Origin: a virus
IMG/VR virus record: IMGVR_UViG_3300042878_002532
Span: 32,001-96,000 of that record
Reading direction: 5' to 3' (one strand)
DNA: 64,000 nucleotides
In this document: positions 57,438-64,000 of the stretch, piece by piece
Layout of the letters: every line of letters begins with the position of its first letter
How positions within the stretch are numbered: the stretch's first letter is position 1
Translations under genes and position numbers: made by a program
Notes under the pieces: model-generated
Databases searched by the model: none
What the model was told of the DNA's origin: nothing
The model's input: only the letters and a program-made list of their open reading frames with translations

Positions 57438-59591
57438 ATGGCTGTAAAAGCAAACGAAACCGAAAGGCAGATGATTTTTACCACCAAATTTGTCGATGAG
57501 GCAACTGATAAGATAAACGACGGTATAGTCGTCAAAAGATATCAGAATCCTTGGATGAAGAGCGAAGTCGGTATCAGAAGAGCAGGCGTCTCTTTTAGAA
57601 TGACTCCCGAAGAACAACAAGAATACGTAAGATGTGCATTAGATATACATTACTTTACTGAGAAGTATTGTAAGACAAAAAGAGAAGATGGTTCTGTTGG
57701 TTCGATAACTCTTAGAGATTACCAAAAAGAAATCTTAGACAACTTTGTCAACAACAGATTCAATATACTTATGGCATCGAGACAGGTTGGTAAAACCGTG
57801 TCTTCTGCTATTTTCATACTACATACGATATTATTCAGTAATGATAAGAACTGTATGATTGTTGCCAACAAAGGTGATACTGCAATTGAGATTGTGGATA
57901 AAGTAAAATCGATATACACACTTCTTCCATTCTTCTTAAAACCAGGTGTAAAGACTTGGAATCAAAAATCTCTTACATTTGAGAATGGTTGTAGAATAAA
58001 AACATCTGCAAGATCTAAGACTCCTGCGATTGGTTTTACCATTGACGTTCTTTACTTAGATGAGTTTGCACATATTCCATCGAATATCATCGAACCATAC
58101 TATACCGCTGCGTTTCCGACCGTTTCTGCGGTACAAAACTCAAAGATTATCATTACATCAACACCAAATGGTATGAACTTATTTCATAGGTTATTAACAG
58201 ATGCTGAAAGACCTGATGGTGATCCAATGAAGAATAACTACAAACCTATGAGGGTTTACTGGTATCAGGTTCCTGGTAGGTTTGTGACTTATATAAGATT
58301 GAATCCACACAAACTTTATGAATATGGTGTTACAAAAGACGACATATTTAAATTAGTACAAGATACGTTTGGTGAAGTCACAAAGACAAAGATTGAGTTT
58401 AACTTAGACCAGCAGAAAGATGTTATTCATGTATTTAACAATGAAAAGTGTACAGATGAAGAAGTTAAATCACTTCATTTTATAGACAAAAATGGATTTG
58501 AGACTTCTATATTAGCCATTGCAGAGATGACAACGTGGAAAGACGAAGCTGTGAAGGATATTGGTGGAGAAGATGCGTTCAATCAAGAGTATGGACTTAG
58601 ATTTATTAACTCAAGTAAGTCTCTTTTGAATGAGGCCATAATAGATGAACTTTTAAAATCTAAAAAGAACTATATCTATGAAGAAATATTTGAGTTTAAG
58701 AACAAACTGAGGTTTATGTATGAAGACTTAAAATGGATTGATGATGATGAAGTACATATGCCATTAAAAAGAAAAGAATATAAATATGTTCTTTCTGTCG
58801 ATATATCCGAAGGTTTAGGACAAGATTACTCTATCATAAACATATTTAAAGTTTCTGAAAAACCTGTAGATTTAATAGAAACACAAAAACACAAATACAA
58901 GGCCATTACTGATTTCTTCAGACTTGAACAGGTTGGATTATACAGAAACAACTTTGTTTCTGTCAAACAATTAGCAGAACTTCTTTATCTTCTTGTTTTT
59001 GAATATTTGAATCCTGATAATGTAAGAGTAGTTCTTGAGTTAAACAACTATGGAAACACACTATTGGCGGAGATGCCGCACGTTTTTGATGGTAACAACA
59101 ACTATGGTTCATCGGTGTTTGTTAGGTATAAACATAGAATAGATTCGACTGAAGAAAAACTTGGACTAAAAGTTGGTGAGAATAAAAACATGATGGTTAA
59201 AGACTATCAAGAACTTATGTATAGTAGAGGATTTCATATTACAAATGAGGATAATATTAGAGAAATAACAACTTTTGTTAAGCATGTCACTACCGCAGGT
59301 AACGTAAGATATGCAGCAGACGTAGGACATGATGATACGGTTATGACCGTGGTCAATGCCACTTCTATTTTTGCCAAATCAGAATTCAAAGAGATGGTCG
59401 AAGAGTGGGGTAATAAATATAGTCCTAAAGAGTTTATGGCTTATGTCAACGACTGTATGAAAAACATGGATTATGTACAAGGAATTGACTATAGTCAGGT
59501 TCTTAGTGTTAGAAGACAGGTTATGTCACGAAATAAAGTGTCTAATGTAGGATCTAATCCGAATGGAATAAACTGGTTCAATAGACCTTAA
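57438..59591 (+). CDS. terL: Terminase large subunit (gp17-like)
   Basis: LRDYQ, SRQVGKT Walker A, YLDEFAH Walker B, ITSTPNG, nuclease VDISEGLGQDYS and HDDTVM. Confidence 0.95.
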   Translation: MAVKANETERQMIFTTKFVDEATDKINDGIVVKRYQNPWMKSEVGIRRAGVSFRMTPEEQQEYVRCALDIHYFTEKYCKTKREDGSVGSITLRDYQKEILDNFVNNRFNILMASRQVGKTVSSAIFILHTILFSNDKNCMIVANKGDTAIEIVDKVKSIYTLLPFFLKPGVKTWNQKSLTFENGCRIKTSARSKTPAIGFTIDVLYLDEFAHIPSNIIEPYYTAAFPTVSAVQNSKIIITSTPNGMNLFHRLLTDAERPDGDPMKNNYKPMRVYWYQVPGRFVTYIRLNPHKLYEYGVTKDDIFKLVQDTFGEVTKTKIEFNLDQQKDVIHVFNNEKCTDEEVKSLHFIDKNGFETSILAIAEMTTWKDEAVKDIGGEDAFNQEYGLRFINSSKSLLNEAIIDELLKSKKNYIYEEIFEFKNKLRFMYEDLKWIDDDEVHMPLKRKEYKYVLSVDISEGLGQDYSIINIFKVSEKPVDLIETQKHKYKAITDFFRLEQVGLYRNNFVSVKQLAELLYLLVFEYLNPDNVRVVLELNNYGNTLLAEMPHVFDGNNNYGSSVFVRYKHRIDSTEEKLGLKVGENKNMMVKDYQELMYSRGFHITNEDNIREITTFVKHVTTAGNVRYAADVGHDDTVMTVVNATSIFAKSEFKEMVEEWGNKYSPKEFMAYVNDCMKNMDYVQGIDYSQVLSVRRQVMSRNKVSNVGSNPNGINWFNRP

Positions 59592-59602
59592 TGATTGAAA
59601 AT

Positions 59603-59634
59603 AAAAAATCCACTCATTGAGTGGATTTTTTTTA
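59603..59634. terminator. Bidirectional terminator, CCACTC/GAGTGG family
   Basis: AAAAAATCCACTCA-t-TGAGTGGATTTTTT. Confidence 0.85.
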
Positions 59635-59913
59635 TTAGTTAGCTTCCATTGTTACTGAAAGTCCTGCAGTTTTTAGTTTTTCTTTCATTGTAGAGATTGT
59701 ATCGTAGTCTCCATATTTCACATCACATTTACCTCTAAAGTGAACTATATGTGCACACTGATTTGCTTGTTCCTGCTCATGTTTACATATTTTCATAAGA
59801 CACGTTATTACCCAATCAAACGAGTTGTAGTCATCATTGTGAAGGTCTAATCGATAAGGCTTTGACAGAATTTCTTCAACTTTCGATTCTACTTGTTCTT
59901 TAATTTTACCCAT
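59635..59913 (-). CDS. clpS: ATP-dependent Clp protease adaptor ClpS
   Basis: LHNDDYNSFDWVI..L..IC.H..EQA.QCA.IVH.RGKC.VK.G (Bacteroidota-type ClpS). Confidence 0.88.
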   Translation of the reverse strand: MGKIKEQVESKVEEILSKPYRLDLHNDDYNSFDWVITCLMKICKHEQEQANQCAHIVHFRGKCDVKYGDYDTISTMKEKLKTAGLSVTMEAN

Positions 59914-59942
59914 AGTGTATTATCTTATTTTTTGATTATATA

Positions 59943-60476
59943 TTATATACTAGATCCTTGAATAGTTGTTTCTGTTTTGTTAACAACGTCTACTATTGTA
60001 CTTTTGATATCTTGCTCTTTTGCCCATTCTACGAATTTAGGCAAGTGTGCTTCTCTATCGTCGTAGAACTTCAATTCTTTCACTCCTAATTTTTTGATTG
60101 TTCTTTCTAATAAGTTGCATTTGAAAATAAATGTGTCACTTCCCCAGTTTAAGTGAACTTCATCAAATTCTATGTTGTTGTCTCTTAGAATCTTTTCAAC
60201 GCCTTCTCTCATACCGGGAACTTTGTCTAATCTACCAGTTGCTAAAATTACATAAGCGTCTGGGTCAGCTATTGCTTCCAGATATTTTTGGTAAGTCCAT
60301 TCGTTTCTTGGAATGTTGAATATCTCATCATCGATAGATTCTGGTTTACCCCACCAACCTCTATGTGGCCAATCTGTTCCTGTTTTTTCTTTCCAAACTA
60401 CTTTTCCATCTTCTGGAAGTGGAGTGTGAAATAATGTGTCGTCAAAATCAAAACAGATAAGTCTTTTATACTGCAT
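59943..60476 (-). CDS. HAD phosphatase, Swiss-Army-Knife RNA-repair type (HAD_SAK-like)
   Basis: FDFDDTLFHTP...GWW...ATGR...TFIFK...FYDDREAH; TATATTTG -7 element upstream at 60500-60507 (minus). Confidence 0.7.
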   Translation of the reverse strand: MQYKRLICFDFDDTLFHTPLPEDGKVVWKEKTGTDWPHRGWWGKPESIDDEIFNIPRNEWTYQKYLEAIADPDAYVILATGRLDKVPGMREGVEKILRDNNIEFDEVHLNWGSDTFIFKCNLLERTIKKLGVKELKFYDDREAHLPKFVEWAKEQDIKSTIVDVVNKTETTIQGSSI

Positions 60477-60549
60477 AATGGTTCGTTTTATTTTATGTAC
60501 AAATATATATATAATATTTTGATATATAAATTAAAATAGAAGAAAAATT

Positions 60550-60960
60550 ATGAAAATAGATTTAAAAAAGACACTTTTGTATTTTATCGGTGCTTGTTTA
60601 TTAGTTTCTGTGTTTCTAAACTTCAAAGGTTGTAACAGAGAATCTTTTGATAAATTGGAGGAAAAAAACAGATTGTTAGAGAAGACAAGAGATTCTCTTA
60701 AATATACAAACCAAAATCTTAAAAAAGAATTTGATAATATTCAAGTGATTATTGATAAAAGAGATGCACGTATAGCAGATCTACAGATACAGATAGAAGT
60801 ATCTAAGCAAAATGTTATGGATTATAAGAATCGCGCGGATAAAGCAAACAAAGATTTGATAGAAACGAATAAAAAACTTGAAAATCTTAGAAAGAACCCA
60901 ATCAAAAGAGACGATGATGACCTTATCAACTCTTTCAAAAACAAACTTAAAACCCCATGA
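60550..60960 (+). CDS. Membrane-anchored coiled-coil protein (spanin-like candidate)
   Basis: N-terminal TM followed by a long coiled coil. Confidence 0.5.
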   Translation: MKIDLKKTLLYFIGACLLVSVFLNFKGCNRESFDKLEEKNRLLEKTRDSLKYTNQNLKKEFDNIQVIIDKRDARIADLQIQIEVSKQNVMDYKNRADKANKDLIETNKKLENLRKNPIKRDDDDLINSFKNKLKTP

Positions 60961-61442
60961 AAATAATATTGAGTATAATGCTTGTTCTTATTTCTTTCCT
61001 ATCGTATTCTCAGGAATATCCTAAGATTGAACTAAATCAAAAAGGTGAGAAAGTTGTCATCTTCACTTTAAGTCAGGCACAAAAAATAGACAACGATTTA
61101 GAAATACTAAATATTTTAGAAAAGTCTAAAATACAATGTGATAGTTTAAATGTTTCCTATATTAAGATAGTTGATGCACAGAACCATCAGATAGTATTAC
61201 TTGAAAAAAACGTTTCTGAACTAAATTTACAAGTAAATGATAAAGACTCTCAAATAAACAACCTATCTACTCAGGTAAAAAATCTTGAAGAAAGTAATAA
61301 GATATGTGATGAGCAGAAATGTATAAAAGATAAGCAGATGGATGGTCTCAAAGATGATTTGAAAAAAGAGAAGATTAAAAAGTGGTTATTTGGAGGTGTA
61401 GGTCTCGCGGTCGGAATATTGGCAATCTTAATAGCACATTAA
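60957..61442 (+). CDS. Secreted coiled-coil protein with C-terminal TM (spanin-like candidate)
   Basis: Signal peptide ending SYSQ, coiled coil, C-terminal WLFGGVGLAVGILAILI; ATGA overlap. Confidence 0.5.
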   Translation: MKIILSIMLVLISFLSYSQEYPKIELNQKGEKVVIFTLSQAQKIDNDLEILNILEKSKIQCDSLNVSYIKIVDAQNHQIVLLEKNVSELNLQVNDKDSQINNLSTQVKNLEESNKICDEQKCIKDKQMDGLKDDLKKEKIKKWLFGGVGLAVGILAILIAH

Positions 61443-61502
61443 AAGTGTAAAAAATGATATTTTTTACTTAATATATAACTATATAAAAAATTAAACCAAA
61501 AC

Positions 61503-62201
61503 ATGAAACATATCAGACAATTTGAAAGTTTTAGAGTTCAGAAAAACAGACAAGAAATAATCAGCGAAGCTGTTCTTCAAGTGAACGATATCTATAAGGT
61601 TAAAACTATGATCGATATTCCACAATCTTTAATCAATTCTTATGTTAAGAAAGTTAAAGATACTACAGGAAAAAATCTTCGTCAGTTTTTCGGTGATGTT
61701 GACATCGCGGAAGAGATTGTAAAATACATAACTCTTAACAATACAGACGTTGAGAAGATTCCTGGAAACGCTTTAATGGGCGGTGCACAAGGACAAGTTC
61801 AAGGACAGGGTCAAGGACAGGTTCAAGTTCAAACTGAAGGTGAGGCACAAACTCAAGGACAGGAACAAGCTCAACCACAAGCTCAACCACAGGGTCAAGG
61901 TCAAGAACAAGCTCAACCACAAGGACAGGGTCAAGAACAAGCTCAACCACAAGCACAATCACAAGAAGGTGATTTTGAAGAGCCACAAGCTCAACCACAA
62001 GGACAAGGACAGGAACAAGCTCAACCACAGGCACAAGGACAAGCTCAAACTGGTCAAGGACAAGCTCAAGGACAGGGTCAAGGACAAGCTCAAGGACAGG
62101 GTCAAGGACAAGGACAGGGACAACCACAAGGACAGGGTCAAGCTCAAGGACAAGGACAGGGTCAAGAAGAAGATGAAGATGAAGAAGAACTTCCAGCTTA
62201 A
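61503..62201 (+). CDS. Tagged protein with long Q/G/A/P low-complexity tail
   Basis: MKHIRQFESF; about 125 aa of QGQ/QAQP repeats; acidic end; TAATATATA at 61469-61477. Confidence 0.8.
   Translation: MKHIRQFESFRVQKNRQEIISEAVLQVNDIYKVKTMIDIPQSLINSYVKKVKDTTGKNLRQFFGDVDIAEEIVKYITLNNTDVEKIPGNALMGGAQGQVQGQGQGQVQVQTEGEAQTQGQEQAQPQAQPQGQGQEQAQPQGQGQEQAQPQAQSQEGDFEEPQAQPQGQGQEQAQPQAQGQAQTGQGQAQGQGQGQAQGQGQGQGQGQPQGQGQAQGQGQGQEEDEDEEELPA
61786..62166 (+). repeat. Low-complexity CAAGGACAGGGT/CAAGCTCAACCA repeats (poly QG/QAQP)
   Basis: Directly visible tandem degenerate repeats. Confidence 0.9.
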
Positions 62202-62272
62202 TCAAAAATACTAGTATCTAGAAATTAAAAACCTATCAGAAATGATGGGTTTTTTTATTTAATATATAAAAT

Positions 62273-62920
62273 ATGAAAAAAATCATTACATGGGAAGAGT
62301 TTAATGAATCTTATAATAAACCAAGAGTAGGTGGTAAAAAGAGATGGTCTGTTAAATATAAAAAAACAATAGACTGTAATAATCCTAAAGGTTTTTCACA
62401 AAAACAATATTGTAAGAGAAAAAGAAAAGGTGGTAATTATAAGTCTGTTAAAGAAAACTTTGGTCTATCTGACCAAGAAATAGAAAATAAGATAATGGAA
62501 GTATGGAAAGTAGATCCATATGAGTTTAAAGACTACATTACTTCATCTATGGATCATGGTGACTTATATGGAAGTTGTAATTTGACTTTTGTTCTTTGGT
62601 ATCCTTATCCAGATTCTAATGTCGAACCATGTGCCATATTTATGTTAGAAGATAACGAATGGAAGAAAGGACCTTGGTATGACAATATGGATGCTATATT
62701 GAAAAGTGAAAGATATGAAGTTGGTATAGAAGCTTGGGTTCCGGATGTTGGTGGTAATCATGAAAAGATAGAGAAGTTTTACAACTACGCAAACAGAGTT
62801 CTACAGGAAGCGGATATACCATACATTGCATCTTATCCAGATGTTCGACACGAAGGAAAGATACTTTTAGAGTATGGCTATACCTGGGGTTATAAAACAA
62901 AATTCATTGGCGACGAATAA
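62273..62920 (+). CDS. Tagged protein with WSxKYKxxIDCNNPKGFSQ domain
   Basis: MKKIITWEEFNE; conserved small basic phage domain; TAATATATA at 62260-62268. Confidence 0.7.
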   Translation: MKKIITWEEFNESYNKPRVGGKKRWSVKYKKTIDCNNPKGFSQKQYCKRKRKGGNYKSVKENFGLSDQEIENKIMEVWKVDPYEFKDYITSSMDHGDLYGSCNLTFVLWYPYPDSNVEPCAIFMLEDNEWKKGPWYDNMDAILKSERYEVGIEAWVPDVGGNHEKIEKFYNYANRVLQEADIPYIASYPDVRHEGKILLEYGYTWGYKTKFIGDE

Positions 62921-62948
62921 ATCTAAATGAGAAAATAATATATAGTAA

Positions 62949-63599
62949 ATGAGATACCTAAAAACGTTCGAAAGCCACAGCAGTAAAGACATTCTTATTG
63001 TTGTTGATGTTCAAAAATCATTCAAAAAATTCTTCAATGAGATTTATCTTCATGAGTTGAAAAAGTATTGTAATGAGTTCAGTAAGGTATATCAAATCTG
63101 GGACAACCACGTAGATGGAAAGAACGTCGATAAAGACTATCTATATGATGAAGATCCTGAAATACCTGTTCATAAAGATCTTTATCACTTTCCTAACCAA
63201 ACTGACTTGATTGAGAAAAGATACAACTATGACGTTGATGCAGACTTCTATAAAAAAGTTCTTACACCGGAAACCTATGAAGAAGTTAAGACTAAAGAAG
63301 ATGCAAACGAATTGAAAAAGGGAGATTTCTTTCCTACAGAAGAAGGAACTCTTATTATATATGTCGGAAATAACCACAAATGGTATCATATGCCAAAGAA
63401 ACTTCACGAACTTTTTACAGAAGTTGCAGAGGCACAAAATATGAATGAAGGATTGAGTGAGGTTAAAGATGTGATTCTTGTAGGTGGTGCAGATGGAGAA
63501 TGTCTTACAGATGTTGAAACTGCAGCAGAGGCAATGGGTGTAAAACTGAGACTTAATCACAAATATATCTATAGTGCTAGCCACTGTCCAATAAAATAA
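62949..63599 (+). CDS. Isochorismatase/nicotinamidase-like cysteine hydrolase with tag
   Basis: ILIVVDVQ, WDNH, EKRY, LVGGADGECL; starts MRYLKTFESH; TAATATATA at 62936-62944. Confidence 0.6.
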   Translation: MRYLKTFESHSSKDILIVVDVQKSFKKFFNEIYLHELKKYCNEFSKVYQIWDNHVDGKNVDKDYLYDEDPEIPVHKDLYHFPNQTDLIEKRYNYDVDADFYKKVLTPETYEEVKTKEDANELKKGDFFPTEEGTLIIYVGNNHKWYHMPKKLHELFTEVAEAQNMNEGLSEVKDVILVGGADGECLTDVETAAEAMGVKLRLNHKYIYSASHCPIK

Positions 63600-63608
63600 G
63601 ATTTATAT

Positions 63609-63989
63609 ATGAGACTTATATTAGAGTTTGATAAATATAGTGTTATTGAAGATGTTGTTGCTGAGATGTCTAAGATATTTCCTCATGTGAAAATGAAAGG
63701 AAGTGTTCTATATGCTTCTTCTATTTTAGACAAAGGTGGAAATCCTCTTGTGAGAATAGACTCAAAACAACCATTGATGGCACTTTTGATTCAATTTATT
63801 GGTGATCATATTGTTATAAAATCATTTGTAAACTCTGTAAGAGAACCTAACTTCTCAAAAAGATTTATGGATGGTCTTTCAAATGTTTTAGAACCAAAAT
63901 ATACCATAGTAGTTGATCAAGATGTGAGTCAAGGATATTGGGACCATATAATCGAAAAGTATCCTCAATTTAATTGGATTAAAAAATAG
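63609..63989 (+). CDS. Hypothetical protein with tag (possible GNAT-like fold)
   Basis: MRLILEFDKY; C-terminal DQDVSQGYWDHI. Confidence 0.65.
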   Translation: MRLILEFDKYSVIEDVVAEMSKIFPHVKMKGSVLYASSILDKGGNPLVRIDSKQPLMALLIQFIGDHIVIKSFVNSVREPNFSKRFMDGLSNVLEPKYTIVVDQDVSQGYWDHIIEKYPQFNWIKK

Positions 63990-64000
63990 TTTCATTTCAT

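Noticed and set aside
61735-62214. Alternative-frame ORFs (VLDPVLELV..., HKDKFKDRVK..., LSLSLWL...)
   Set aside because: Shadows of the QG repeat in the real gene 61503-62201; the same applies to 53042-53263
184-63584. Numerous short antisense or overlapping ORFs in the track (e.g. 297-707, 40649-41137, 41280-41783, 63141-63584)
   Set aside because: They lie opposite well-supported genes, lack motifs, promoters and A-rich leaders, and have shadow-like composition
1-64000. Stop-codon reassignment (alternative genetic code), as seen in some large Bacteroidota phages
   Set aside because: Core genes are full length in the standard code, coding density is high, and TAG and TGA end genes at sensible positions

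Overview
AT-rich segment of a large T4-related (myovirus-type, probably jumbo) dsDNA phage. The host is most likely a member of the Bacteroidota, based on TAnnTTTG promoters, a Bacteroidota-like M42 peptidase and ClpS, a lipoprotein and DUF6576-like motifs. All protein family calls come from motif recognition by eye, with no database search. Recognisable core genes are scattered on both strands: gp61-like primase, the C-terminal half of a split family-B DNA polymerase, gp45-like clamp, UvsY, gp47 nuclease, tail tube, a very long tail sheath, gp26/gp51-like hub or chaperone pair, probable tape measure, a 2003-aa baseplate protein, large and probable small terminase, and a GH19 endolysin. Accessory genes include PPK2, an aminotransferase, a cysteine hydrolase, HAD phosphatases, a WYL-domain protein and RNA-repair-associated domains. 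The most striking unexplained pattern is that about 20 otherwise unrelated proteins, including enzymes, begin with one short tag, M-[KR]-x-[LI]-x-x-[FYW]-[END]-x-[FY]..E. The tag resembles the T4 capsid-targeting sequence, and most tagged genes sit behind a TAATATATA late-type promoter, suggesting a large virion cargo-loading and injection system. Also seen: three promoter classes, a CCACTC/GAGTGG terminator family, two further short peptide motifs shared across unrelated proteins, and a candidate +1 frameshift in the gp26/gp51-like pair. No tRNA, rRNA, CRISPR array or mobile element was recognised.
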